Assembly: GCF_001194135.2 (NCBI RefSeq) | Contig: NC_068991.1 | Coordinates: forward strand, 75,252,863-75,316,862 | DNA: 64,000 bases | DNA from: Octopus bimaculoides | Lineage: Eukaryota | Direction: 5' to 3' | Part shown: positions 25,242 to 38,411 of the stretch, one piece after another | How positions within the stretch are numbered: the stretch's first letter is position 1 | Layout: each line of letters begins with the position of its first letter | Position numbers and translations under genes: made by a program | Notes under the pieces: generated by a model | What the model was told of the DNA's origin: nothing | Seen by the model: only the letters and a program-made list of their open reading frames with translations | Databases searched by the model: none

Positions 25242-27119
25242 CCATGGTGTTGGCTATCGTAAAACATAGTGTCGACTTTCAAATCTATAGTTAAGATAGC
25301 CAATATCATAGCAATAACCATTGTACAGAATATAATTGCTAATAACTATCTTATAGAACATACCTATATTTTCTGTAATGTTATAGAACATAGCTAAATG
25401 TTCGATAATGTACTGTAGTACACATATGGAAATAGTGTTTAGTACAGTATAGAAATACCTCTTCTGTAGAATATAATGGCTAACATCTGTCTTATCTTTT
25501 ATTTTTTACTTGATTCAGTCATGCTGGAGCACCACCTTTAAGGGATTTAATCGAAAGAGATTGACCCCAGTACTCATGTTCTTTTTTTAAACCTGATACT
25601 TATTTTGTTTCTCTCTCTTGCTGAACTGTTACATTATGGGGATATAAACAAACCAGCACAGGTTGTGAAGTAGTGATAGCAGACAAATACAATAATGCAA
25701 ACATATACGTACATGCATATGTGCGATGGGCTTCTTTCTGTTTCCATCAACCAAACTACCAAATCTGTGACCTAGGCTTTGGTTGGCCCAGGGCTAAATT
25801 AGAAGACGCTTGCCCAAGGAGCCATCCAGTGGGACTGAACCTGGAACCATGTTTTTTGAGAAGCATACTTTTACCACACAGCCATGCCGTAGATGTGTTA
25901 TATAGTACATTATGGCAATTGCCATTGGGTAGAATATAATGGCTGGTATCTGTCTCATAGAATATATATATATATATGTCTGTGAATTTTGTACTGCACT
26001 GTAGAACATTTAGCCATATTGTATGGTGCATTGTTGCAATTACCATTCCACAGACAATAATAGCTAATATGTCTTCACTTCCCTTGCATACATTTATTAT
26101 CTATTTGAACTACTTCTAATTATCAGGAATTTCAAAGAATTTAGGACTGAACATTAATCCTTACACAAAGAGCAGATGGTGATCTGGCAGCGCTGAAATT
26201 AAACCTGTCCTCAATATCCGAGTTTCTCAATTTAATTTCACAACAAACTTTTGTGTTTGCACTTCTTATGCAACGACCAATTATATCTGCTTTCAAACAA
26301 TTATTAAACTTTTTTCTTTTTCGGTTTGAATAATTGAAAATCATGGGAAATTTAAAACTTCTTTTTCGTGTGTGCTTGTATTGTTACCTGTTTGTTTGTT
26401 TGCTTGTTTAGCCCAGGATCAATCTTGTTTGGGAAACCCATGATCAAAGGTCATCCAGTTATCCCCAACTTTCCCTTCGGGCATCGTGTATCTAAGATAT
26501 CATTATCTCCTTTGTTTGTTTCTATTTTTTTTTCTGACCTGTTAGGGTGTTATTAGATTAAGATTTAACCATTGTTGTTAGCATGTCATATGACCACACA
26601 ACCTGACTGCAAGCCCCAGCAAACAAATATGCTAGAAAGTGCAGCTAAATTTCCCTCAAATCACATAGATATTGGTTCTTATGATCAATAATATCTTTAA
26701 TAATTGTCTCACACTTTAAAACAAGGCCAACAATTTCCAGTGGACGGATAAGTCAATTAAATTGACTCCAGTACTTGACTAATACTTTAATTTATCTACC
26801 CTGAATGGATGAAAGGCTAAGTTGACATTGGTGGGATTTGAACGCCACTAAGAATCTTCTATGATGCTCTAATGATACTCTCACTGCCTTAACAATAGCT
26901 TTAATAATTCTTTCTAATTCTCACATAAGGCCTGCAATTTTGAGTGAATGGTGCAAGTCAATTTCATTGGTCATTGAACTTGACTGGTACTTTATTTTAG
27001 TGACCTCAGGGCGACAAGAGGCAAAGCTGACTTAAGCAATATTTGAACACAGAATGTAAAGAGTTAGAAGAAATGTTGCTAAGCATTTTATCTGACACAC
27101 TTCTTTACAACACCTGTAA

Positions 27120-27341
27120 CCCTTTCATTACCATATTTTTTGTTGTGATGCTCTGTGTTTCTTTCAATTAATTTTAAATATAACAAAGAATTTAGTAAAA
27201 TAACTTAGTTATCATTAAGCTAGTGTTAGGCACAAAAATTGTGACTAAGGTTTGGTGGAAGATTTTTATTCAGAACTTTTGAAAACAAGACATTTGTACT
27301 CAGAGCCAGAGGCAGTTTCAGGCAGGTTGATGTCGAAAGGG
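27120..27341. mobile_element. piggyBac-like MITE
   Basis: ccctttcattacc...cgaaaggg followed by TTAA (27342-27345); left site degenerate (gtaa). Confidence 0.7.
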
Positions 27342-29155
27342 TTAACAATAGCTTTAATAATGAAATACAATAGATAAGGATGAGGTCAAATGCATGAAGC
27401 ATTGCATGTTTTGGAGCCAATGCAAAGGAGATTCTATATGATCTTGTGGCATGCTGAAAATAACAGCAAAATTCTCTCTAACCACACTCTACCGTGTTGA
27501 AAAACCAAAAACAGAACACCAAAAGAAAAAACAGTTAAGATAATCATAGAAAACATTGTCTAAAAATAAGATGAAATGGCCTTAGGTGGAATACTTTGAT
27601 GTTAGGCTTACTTGATCAGAGCTGACTCTAACAACTGCCAATAACAACAAACACCATGGCTTGGTTGATAATTTGCAGCGACACATTAGTCAATTTTTCT
27701 CTGTAGATCTTGATATGAGCCATTCTAATGTGTTATCTCTTTTGGCAGCACTTACCTTTATATCTCTGGTGCATTCCTGCAAAGGCTTAATAAGCATGGC
27801 ATGCAAGAATTCGTTATTTCATTAGTGTGGGCTGAGAATCTATTTTTCTATGTCCTCATCAGATGAACTGGTCCACTCTTCTATTCATTCCATTATCTAT
27901 TTATTGTTTTCCTTTGTTTTTTCTTTTGTGTGTGTGTGTATGTATGTATCTGCATACATATATATGCATATAAGTATATTTACATATGTATTTCCATTTG
28001 TGAGTGTATGTATTTATATGCATATGTGTGTGTTTGTGTGTGAGTATGTATATATATATATGTATATGTGTACATGTGATTATGTGTGTATATACATATA
28101 TATGTGTATATTTGTATATTTATGCATGTATATATTTATATGCATGTATATATATATGTGTATATGTAAGTATGTATGTATATATATATATATATATATA
28201 TACTCACATCCACTCACACATATATTCATGTACATATATGCTTGTTTATTTACATATATATGTATGAATATGTGTGTGTGTGTGTGGTCCTTTCATGATC
28301 TGTGTTATGAAGTATTTACATATGAGTTACCTACTATTATCCACATAAATATATGACAGCGGCAAGAAAAAAAAAAAAAGAAAGCCATAAGGAAGGAAGA
28401 CAAATGATAGCTACTGAATAAAAATCCTGATTGTGTGTGCTTGCATGTGTGTGTGTGTTTGTGTGTATATGTGTATATGCATGTGTATGTTTTTTTGGCT
28501 TTGATTTCGGTTCACCTATATTTACCGGCATTCAAAGTGCATTTGTAAGTAACCAAGAAAATTATTTGTAAAGTAAACAAACTCACACGGCTATGTTTCA
28601 AAAGGTATTATACGATTACCCGTTGTTCATTTTTGTTGTTGTCGTTGTTGCTGTTGTCGTTGTTGTTTGCAGTATTACAGTAGATTCCCAATATATATTG
28701 GAACATATCAATACCAATCATTTTTTTTTTTGGCACAAAGAAATATGTGAATAAATTCAACTTCAAAAATCTACTCAGCAATTTTGCCATGTTTTATTTA
28801 TTTATTTTATGTTATTTTATTTTAGACTGTTTAGTTTAGGGTATAAAATGAAGGGGTTATTCAAAGGCCCTCGTGTTTTTGTCTTTTTATTTCATATTTA
28901 TTTAACTGAAACAGCCAAATCATTAGTTTCACAAAGGAGAGGTGAAGTTAGATTTACTTTGCTGTTTTGTTTTTCATAAGCAAACAAAATACATTTAGCT
29001 TTGTTTTTTCTTTTTATTCTTATTATTATTTAGAAATATGCAATATAGCATTTTGGTAATACCTTGTTTAGTTCTTGGTCTTTGTTGTTTCAAACTGTAT
29101 GGCATCCCCAAAGACAGAAATTCCACAGTTACCTTATTATCCCAGCTGTTAATAT

Positions 29156-29217
29156 CTAATCTTCGTATAACTGCATTCTGTCATGTTTGTTAGACTTGGT
29201 GTTAAGGGAATTTGTAT
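29156..29217 (-). CDS. candidate terminal coding exon of an unidentified gene: (D)TNSLNTKSNKHDRMQLYED*
   Basis: Acceptor atttatttacacgcag. Phase-1 start fits the phase-1 end of exon 30401-30502. TAG at 29158-29156. Several minus-strand AATAAA near 28795-28830. Confidence 0.35.
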
Positions 29218-29277
29218 CTGCGTGTAAATAAATATGTATTGAACTGTGAGCAGAACAAGCTCTACTCAGACCAATAG

Positions 29278-29316
<39 letters not shown>

Positions 29317-29629
29317 CCCACCCACTCTCTCTTGCTCTCTCTTCCTCTCTTTCTCCCAGTTTCTACTTTATGGTTTGGCATGGCTCTCTGGTCCAGCTTT
29401 GGCTGTCAGTAATAAACTTGGATGATTATGCTTAAAGAGCAGGCGTGGTGTTGTGATTAAGAAGTTCGCTTGTCAACCATGTGGCTCTGGGTTCAAATCC
29501 CACTGTCCTGCTTCTTGGGCAAGTGTTTCTTACTGTAAACCCAGATCAATGCAATATCAATCGAGGGAATTGAACAGATAGAAATTGATAAACCTGTTAT
29601 ATCATATATATGCTCCATGTGAAGTAAAT

Positions 29630-29886
29630 TTGGCTCCTGTGCAGGTGGCACGTAAAATACACCATTTCAAGCGTGGCTCTCGCCAGTTCCGCCTGACTGG
29701 CCTTCGTGCCAGTGGCACTTAAAATCACCCACTACACTCTCGGAGTGGTTGGTGTTAGGAAGAGCATCCAGTTGTAGAAACTCTGCCAGATCAGATTGGA
29801 GTCTAGTGCAGCCTTCTGGTTTCACCAGTCCTCAGTCAAATCGTCCAACCCATGCTAGCATGGAAAGTGGACTTTAAACGATGATG

Positions 29887-29890
<4 letters not shown>
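29630..29890 (+). mobile_element. RTE-tail (family B) copy
   Basis: Close match to 1-343; (gat)n end followed by (CA)n. Confidence 0.75.
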
Positions 29891-29944
<54 letters not shown>

Positions 29945-30400
29945 GCTGGATTCCATGCAATTACTGGATCTTGTGAAAAAAAATATTGTTGAAAGAATAT
30001 CTGATAGTGTCTTCAATTTCACTGGTAGATCATGCAGCTGATACATACACACATACATACTTACATACACACATACATACATCCGTACACATACACACAC
30101 ACAAACATACATGCATACCTACATATATACAGGCATGCATACATACATAGATGCGTATGTGTGTGTGTATGTGTGTTCTCTTACTTCGAATCTAAAGTTG
30201 CTGCAAAATTATGCAAGTAGATGCCTTGCAAATTCTGAAGAATTGAAGAAAAGAAAACATTTGCTTACTTCTCATGTCACTGATTTTGTGGAACTTTTAT
30301 TTTTTCTTCCATTTTTTTTTTTAGCATTATTATTATTTCTTACAGCCAATGAAACATTTCCAATGAAAAACTCTCTCGTTATCTTGTAATAATATATTAC

Positions 30401-30502
30401 CTTTTGTTAGTTTCTTTTTTTTTTTTCTTTTCTTTTTAATGTTATCATAGAAATGGCATTCTTCTTGCTGAAAGTTTTCTATGTTTAAGCTCTGAAAGTC
30501 AG
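30401..30502 (-). CDS. candidate internal coding exon (phase 1-1, 102 nt): DFQSLNIENFQQEECHFYDNIKKKRKKKKKLTK
   Basis: Acceptor ttgtttgtttgtttcaaatgacaatgttacag, donor AAG|gtaata, open frame, length a multiple of 3, non-repeat sequence. Confidence 0.4.
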
Positions 30503-30819
30503 CTGTAACATTGTCATTTGAAACAAACAAACAAGAAAACAAATGACAGAAATAAACGAATGCATTGTGTTGGGCCATATTGCAAAAGACATGTCACAAT
30601 GAAATAGCTGTAGATCACCTTTTTGGGGGTTTTGTTTATTTATTTATTTTTTTTGTTTGAAAGTTTTTTTAACACTTGTTTTCCTTTGAGTCAATTTAGG
30701 TTTGTATTTATTAGCAATAATTGTGATCTTCAAAACAAATAAAAAAAAATAGGTTTGGCAAATTGGTAGCACGCAGTTTATAATGAAGACAAATGCATAC
30801 TACTTATAACTTCATTTTT

Positions 30820-31225
30820 CATCGTCGTCGTCATCGTCACTACCAGCAACCACCACCACCATCATCATCATCATCACTACCAACCACCACCACTACCACC
30901 ATCATCATCGTTGTCATCATCGTTGTCATCATCATCACTATCAACCACCACCACCATCTTCGTCTTCGTCATCACTACCACCAACCACCACTACCACCAT
31001 CATCATTATCATCATCACCATTAACCATCATCTTCACCACCATCACCACCTCCACCATCATCATCATTGTCCTCATCATCATTGTCCTCATCATCATTTC
31101 CACCAACCACCACCATCATCATTATCATCATCAGCACCACCACTATCATCACCATCACTGCCACCAACCACCACCACCAACAACATTGTTGTCGTCATCG
31201 CCGTCATCATCATCATCATCATGTC
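30820..31225. repeat. compound (CAC/CAT/CGT)n trinucleotide low-complexity tract
   Basis: Directly visible mixed triplet runs. Confidence 0.9.
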
Positions 31226-32272
31226 CATGTTGATGTGAGTTACATGGGTTTTCTGAGGCAGTATTTTATAGTCGGATGCTCTTCCTGTTGCTAACTCTTC
31301 TGCTGAGTGAAAAGGCATCAAGCCCATAAAAATGCCTCAGAAAACTTGTCCAAATCTGTCTTTTGAAGATAAAAATAATAGATTCATTAATTAAGCAATG
31401 CCTGTAGAATGAATGCAATGAGAGTAATTATAATTAGCATTTATTTCCTACCGTTTATAGTTTTCAATCATTAGTCTGTGGCCATGCTAGAGCAGCACTT
31501 TGAAGAGTTTTAGTCAAACAGGTCGACCTCAGTTGTTTTTCTTCCTCTCTCTCTTTATTCCTCTCTCTCTTTCTTCCTCTCTTTCATCCTCTCTCTCACT
31601 ACTTCTATTGTATATAAACTCCTCCTCCTACTGCAGGCCTTACACCAACCACATTAGTGGCCATCCCCTCTAGAATGTTGTCCCTTTGGAATTACTTTTC
31701 CTCCTTCAAATAACGTCATGGTTTATCTTTAAACTGAACATCAATTAGGCCTGGACCACCTTTCCCAGTGGCTCCATCCCTCCATCCAAACTAAACTCCT
31801 GAAAAAAGATCTGCTGGAAACGTAGGAGTGTCAGCATTACTGAGTGCTTTGCTTATTGCTGTGATAATTAGAACCAAATTTGCTTTGCTTCCCATGTTTG
31901 TTGTTTCAAGATTATTAGCATAAAACCAACGATTTATCAATGAAATTATTCTTCTCTTCTCTTCTCCTGCACACAGTTGTGGTGTTGTTCACAATTTAAT
32001 TTCGCTTCCTATAAAACTGTGAAATTCTGGTAGAGGAGGAGAAGTGTTTTGTACCTCTTATCATCCTCACCATCACCACCATCACCATCACCATCACCAT
32101 CACCATCACCATCATCATCATCATCATCATCGTCATTTAGTTGTCTTATTTTTATTACATGCTTTCACTGCACTACTGAGCACAGCTCTGTGTGCCTTGA
32201 GTATGTGATGTATTTTGTTTTGTATGTGATGTGTTTAGTTTTGTAACTTATACTGTATTGAAACTACCCTAC

Positions 32273-32338
<66 letters not shown>

Positions 32339-32767
32339 GCAACAACAACAATAATAGTCATAATAACATTTTCCTTTGATCTCTAATATCTTGTGATGGA
32401 ATCTTCAAAATCATTGTTGCTGGAAGCTGTGTCTATTAATTATGACTGTTCAGTGTCTATAAACACCCAAGTCATCAATACTCTTCATTTCCATACCAAA
32501 CGTATCCAAGTTAAATTTCATGCAGAAAGTTTTTGGTAAAAAAATTACAAAGCTTATTTTGACGTATCACGACAGAGGAATTTCCATGACAACCAACTTA
32601 TTTTTTCCAGTCCATCTTCAGTTTCATCGTTCTGTTTCAGGCTTGGAAAGCATGAACTTTGCATTAATGGTATGCAATCTGTTTACTTGTATAAAACAAG
32701 TTTCATTGAAAATTACTATTTGTAAATCTCACAACGAGAGATATTCAGAAAAACAGTACTTTGGAGT

Positions 32768-33036
32768 CGAGATTATTTGCCAACATAACATGGCAGTCCT
32801 GGTTTAGGACTAATGGTGCTGTAATTTAGTCCCAGGAGACATCGTATCCAGCTGGCTATACAACATGATCTGTGTCCTTATATTTTCGAACAAGGGTGTT
32901 AGATTCCCTTGTTTGAAAATATAAGGACACAGATCGTGTTGTATAGCCAGCTGGAGACCATGTCTCCTGGGACTAAATTACAGCAGCATTTGTCCTAAAC
33001 CAGGACTGCCATGTTATGTTGGCAAATAATCTTTAC
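32768..33036. mobile_element. long palindromic element, copy 2
   Basis: Same arms as 25000-25241 with a complete centre: ttcgaacaaggg-tgttagatt-cccttgtttgaa. Confidence 0.8.
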
Positions 33037-33470
33037 AGCAATATTTCTGTTCTTAATTCAAATATCTAATTGCTGTCTTTACCATTCTCAACCTTGCATG
33101 GTTCTCCAGGTAGTTGAAATATTCCAGCAACATTGAATATCAATGACAATGAATGTTTGTGGGAGAGAGAAAGTGTGATTTCCTGATATTTTTCAATATT
33201 TTAGCATACAAATCAATGAGTGTAGTAAATGCATACTAAGTACACTCATGTATTTTCCTTCATACATGTATACATATATACATCCACATCTGTATTTTAA
33301 AAAAGAACCTTTTTACTCCCCACTTTTTTTGTATTACATTATCAAAATATGTTGGCAAAGGATATATTTTGTAATATGTTAATCTTTTCAAAGAATAGCT
33401 GGTTATTGCAGAGAAGAGAGAAACATCAAACACAGGGAGAAAGTAAAAAAAAATGGGGTTTAAAACTTAC

Positions 33471-33503
33471 CCTGTGTTTCAAACTGCATTTTGTATACGT
33501 TTG
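33471..33503 (-). CDS. possible small upstream exon (phase 1-1): NVYKMQFETQ
   Basis: Strong donor CAGG|gtaagt and phase compatible with 30401-30502, but the acceptor (aaactacagcacag) lacks a pyrimidine tract. Confidence 0.15.
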
Positions 33504-33699
33504 CTGTGCTGTAGTTTGTTTGCACATTTGAAATTTCAAGCGTATATAAGTTATGTTTTTAACCTTCTACGTTAACCAATAAAATGTTCTTGTTGAAGTT
33601 TATCTCTAGGTCTTCCTTGAATAAGCAGACCCTTGTCACCAAAAATGTTCCACCCATTGCTATCCTCTATAATCATAATAATAATAATTATTATTAATA

Positions 33700-33840
33700 A
33701 TAACATCGAAAAATACCTTAGGAATGAGAACCCAGGTTTGAAATTTCCCCAAGAAACCTGATGAAGGCTGGAGGGTATATCAGCCGAAACGTTGTGTTAA
33801 CAACAAACAAGATGAGGGCAAATATCCGTCAATAATGTAG
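33700..33840 (+). mobile_element. free copy of the Penelope-like 3' tail carrying a hammerhead motif
   Basis: Near identical to the reverse complement of 61380-61510; preceded by (TAA)n. Confidence 0.8.
33753..33798 (+). ncRNA. minimal type I hammerhead ribozyme motif
   Basis: gaaac-CTGATGA-a-ggctg(gagggtatat)cagcc-GAAAC-GTT-gtgtt. Core intact; one mismatch in stem I. Confidence 0.6.
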
Positions 33841-34465
33841 ATTACCTGATATTTTATTTTCTTTTGATTTAGTAGGGTGTGATTTGAGGAGGATTTGACT
33901 AGTATTTCTAGCAAACTGAGCATCCACATAATGGTCACCCTCATTGTCCCATGGCATAATGAACGAGTTAACGACATTCATTACTATGTGGTACTAATTT
34001 ATTTAGTTTATTTTGTTTTATCTGTTTTTTATCTGAATCTGGTTTTTTCCCCCTTTATGTTTTTTTTGCACAAAATATATTTCATTTTCCTGTGTATTTT
34101 CCTTTGTTTGATAACAATATCAAATCACTGTTAAATGATACAGTTCCATGAATGTTCTACAAGTGTGACGGACAGTTTGTCATGCACTTTCATTTTAACA
34201 TACATTTTTTTTTTGTTGTTGTTGCTTTTAACTTCCAGTGAATTGTTTAGACTGACAAATGATCCTATTTTTGGTCATGCCAATCAATTTACAGTCTCAT
34301 ACATCTATTTAATGATTCTTACATCATTAATTTCAGTATCGGGGAAAGTAATTTAATAAATACAACACTTTGCTGAGAAGGCCATTCTAAGTTTGAAATA
34401 TGTCCAACATTGTTTCCCATTCTAATTGGGAAAATTTAAATAATTTTTGCAGCATACCTATTAGT

Positions 34466-34689
34466 ACATTATTTACAATTGATGGATATTTGTCCTCATC
34501 TTGTTTGGTGTTAACACAACATTTCGGCTGATATACTCTCCAGCCTTCATCGGGTGTCTTGGGGAAACTCCGAACTTGCGTTCTCATCCCTAAGGTATTT
34601 TTCATATTGTTGTTGTTGTTATTATTATTATTATTATTATTATTCAGGTCACGAGTTTGATTCCAGGCAGTGACCTGAATAATAACAAC

Positions 34690-34728
<39 letters not shown>

Positions 34729-34905
34729 GTCGAAAAATACCTTAGGGATGAGAACCCAGGTTTGAAATTTCCCCAAGACACCTGATGAAGGCTGGAGGGT
34801 ATCTCAGCCGAAACGTGTTAACAACAAACAAGATGAGGACAAATATCTGTCAAATGTAAATAATGTACATAATGTACATAATTCCTCATCTTTTGAATAT
34901 AGAAT
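34466..34905. mobile_element. head-to-head inverted pair of Penelope-tail elements
   Basis: Minus copy at about 34466-34652 joined at caggtcac to a plus copy starting gagtttgattccaggcagtgacc (B-box remnant), about 34653-34905. Confidence 0.8.
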
Positions 34906-35961
34906 TGTATGTCCAGCGTTGTCTCCTATACTAATAGGAAAAATTTAGATAATTTTTGCAGCATACCTATTAGTGTTGTGTCAGATGCAGCGAGACTGAT
35001 GCCAAGATGTATTGGCCAGGTTCTTGCTTGGACATTATCAATGGTGTGGAAAAAAGAGACTTGCATGTATGACCAATTGAAAATCTTCCTTATAACAGGT
35101 CTGAACATTTAAGGGTAACTTTCTTTCCTTGTGCAGAAACCAGTAGTCTGCCATGACAAAAGGAGGTGGAGAGTCTATAGTCCATTTTTTCCAACACGAC
35201 ATATTTATTGTTGTCCTTTTTGATTTTCCCTGTATTTGAGTGTCTTCAACGAATTTCTCATATTTTAGAAATACCTACTGCAGCTGGTCGTCTACTCTAA
35301 ATTGACTTTATAACACATTTTCTACCTTGTTATATTTATTATTTTGCTTTCATTACAGTACTTTGTCTTACAATACCAGTACAAGGATTTATATTTTCGA
35401 TATGTTTGTGTGTGTGTATATATATATATACATGCATACACACACATATACATATACTTCCAAGTTCTTTTACAGGGCTTAGAAAAACTAGAGGACTGTT
35501 GCAATAAGCATGTGAATTTGAGAGGGGATTATGTTGAATAAAATCCCCAAAGCCAGGGAACAAACAAACAAACAAATAAACAGGCTTCTTTCAGTTTCTG
35601 TCTACTAAATCTACTCCAAGGCTTTGGTTTGCCTGGGGTTGTATGATATGACTGTTGTCTGAAGTACCATGCAGTGGGTTTGAACCCCCAAGACCATGTG
35701 TTTCGGAAGCAGACTTCTTTCCACTCAACCATGCTTGCACCATTAAACACTAAAGAGCCACGAACAAAAGTATTAACAATTAGTAAAACAGTTTTCCATT
35801 TGTGATTCCACTTCTTTGCGTATCGTATCTTCCCATCATCTCCCATCTTACCGTTCTGTCATGTGAAGTTGGAATATATCAATCACCAGTTTTTGAAAGC
35901 AACTTGATATCATGAAGATTCCTCTTATATCCCTACATCATTCTGCTTTTCCTTTCTCTCA

Positions 35962-36006
<45 letters not shown>

Positions 36007-36226
36007 CAAAAGATTTAATTTCAATAAATTATTTGACTTTTAACGATTACTTTATGGGGCCGGTGGTGAATACAAATATCTGTAAAAACATTGCGTGTTA
36101 CAAATAATTACAAATGTGTTTATCTGAATGTATATTGTATGAAGCCTATTTTCATTCTGGAGAGGTTTTTAATATGACATTTTAATAATAAATTCTTTTA
36201 AGTTTCAATATTAATACATACATACC

Positions 36227-36268
<42 letters not shown>

Positions 36269-36774
36269 GAGCAAAATTGAAAAAGAAAGTTTAATACAGC
36301 CTTTATTAAGCCAGGCATTTTTTTTGTTGTGTTGTTTCTTTTGTTTGTTTGTCTTTTGTCTTTTGCATTTTTGATATTTAAATGATGTAAGAAAATGTCT
36401 AATGTGTATATTTCCTCTTCTAAATAGTCGCATTTATTTTAATTTGTTCTGCTAATGTTTAATTGTGAAAATTTAACTGATGTATCACTTCATTAGCAGC
36501 ATGGCTGCCACATGAATACTCTCATTTGAATATTTACATATGTATGTGTGTATTGTGTGTGTGTGTGCATTTGTGCCTGTGTGTGTGGCCCTTATTAGTA
36601 ATTGTTATGAATCAGTTATGCCTTTGTTTGATAACGTTTCCTCCCCCCCCCCACTTCCTTGTGATTTGTTACTGGTTTATGATAAATGACACACAACTTT
36701 CCGCTTGATAAGTTTTCAGTCTGTGTTTGTGTATTATGTATGTGTGTGTATGTGAATATATATATATCATTGTC

Positions 36775-37030
36775 ATCATCGTCATCGTTTAATGCCTGTT
36801 TTCTATGTCGGCATGGGTTGGACAGTTTGACAGAGGGCTGGTGAGCCAGAAGGCTGCACCAGGCTCGAATCCAATCTGGCAAGGTTTCTACAGCTGGATG
36901 CCCTTCCTAATGCCAACCACTCCTAGAGTGTAGTGAATGTTTTTACGTGCCATCAGCATGAGGGCCAGTCAGGTGGTACTGGCATCGGCCACGTTCGAAT
37001 GGTGCTTTTTACGTGCTTCCAGCATGGGTG
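36775..37030 (-). mobile_element. RTE-tail (family B) copy
   Basis: catcatcgtcatcgtttaatg...catgggttggacagtttgac...tttctacagctggatgcccttcctaatgccaaccac. Confidence 0.75.
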
Positions 37031-37712
37031 CCAATCAGGCGGCACTGTCATATATATATATAGCACCTAATTCTGTGAATATATTAGACATGACACAAAA
37101 CAAACAGGCATCAAATTATTTTGCACTTCTAGGACAAAGATATATTTGTAGTTCTGTTGACAAATAAAAAACAAATATTACAAAGAATTTGATCAAATAT
37201 TCTAACAAATTCCAACAACTCTATAGATTTGTCCAGGTTTTTTTTTTTTGTTGCCCCTCCCCAATCCCCAAATGAACAAGAAGCAAAGTTGACCTCTGTG
37301 GGGTTTGATTTCAGAATGCGAAGAGTCACAGCAACAAATACTGAGGAATTGTATCCAATGCTGTTTGCCTTTTTTTACCATATTCTAACTGAGACATAAT
37401 GCCTTTGTTTGAATTAAATTAATTTTAAAAATAATGAAGAATCTCATAAAATAACTTCGTTTTAAGTTGGTGTTTTGGAGAGCCTAAATTCGATGGAAGG
37501 TTTTATTTTCAAACACTTCCATCAAAGTTTCATGTTAATTTCTGTTCTTCAAAACACCAACTTAAGACAAAGTTATTTCATTAAATTTAATTTCAAACAC
37601 TTTAAAAAACCTAAGTTTGTACCATCGACCCAAAGGGTGGTCTCACGTAAGCTGCTTTCAAAAGGATTAGATTATATAACTCTGTGTATGTGTTTGTATG
37701 TGTAGATGTTAA

Positions 37713-37934
37713 CTCTTTTGTTACTGTATTTATTTTGACATGTTGTATATTTCTTTCAATTAATTTTAAATATAACAAAGAATTTAGTAAAGTAACTTAG
37801 TTATCATTCTGCTAGTGTTAGGAACATAAATTGTGACTAAGGTTTGGTGGAAGATTTTAATTCAAAACTTATGAAAATAAGACATTTGTACTACAGAGCC
37901 AGAGGCGGTTTCAGCTGGGTTGGTATCGAAAGGG
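37713..37934. mobile_element. piggyBac-like MITE
   Basis: TTAA at 37709-37712, ctcttttgttac...cgaaaggg; homologous to 27120-27341. Confidence 0.7.
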
Positions 37935-37964
37935 TTGTATACTTACATTCAAAGCAAGTGTATG

Positions 37965-38070
37965 CATGTATAAAGTGCTATATGGTTGCAAAACTTGGGC
38001 TGTGAATGCAAAGGACATGTGAAGAGTAGAAAAAAATGAAACAATCATGAAGCGTTCGCCTACATTCAAT
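37965..38070 (+). pseudogene. RTE-LINE ORF fragment
   Basis: LYGCKTWAVNAKDM*RVEKNETIM resembles the RTE LYGxETWxx...RLExxE motif. Confidence 0.5.
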
Positions 38071-38371
38071 GCAAGTGTATATATGTATGCTACAAATTAT
38101 TAAAGCTTCTCTGAAGAGGTGAATAATTTAATCCATTATATTACTGGTATATTATCTTTTTTTTATTCTTTTTCATAATCCATAACCAAGCAAGATATGA
38201 ACCCAGATTCATGTTATACAAATCAGACACCTTTAGGATTTGTGCACACTGTCATTTTATTGCCCCCCCCCTGTCTTTTTCTTTCCCCCACTTTTTCCCT
38301 GCTCTCTCTTTCTCTTCTCTTTTTCCTCTCTGTCTTTCTTTATTTTGTAAATGTTATTTTACATTCACTGT

Positions 38372-38411
<40 letters not shown>

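Noticed and set aside
30793-31327. His/Thr/Ser/Pro-rich ORFs
   Set aside because: Products of mixed CAC/CAT triplet runs, open in several frames, with no splice or codon evidence.
34966-35100. Candidate minus-strand exon ending at TAG|gtatgc
   Set aside because: The donor lies within the 66-bp duplication, the phase-2 acceptor has no partner, and the peptide is unrecognisable.
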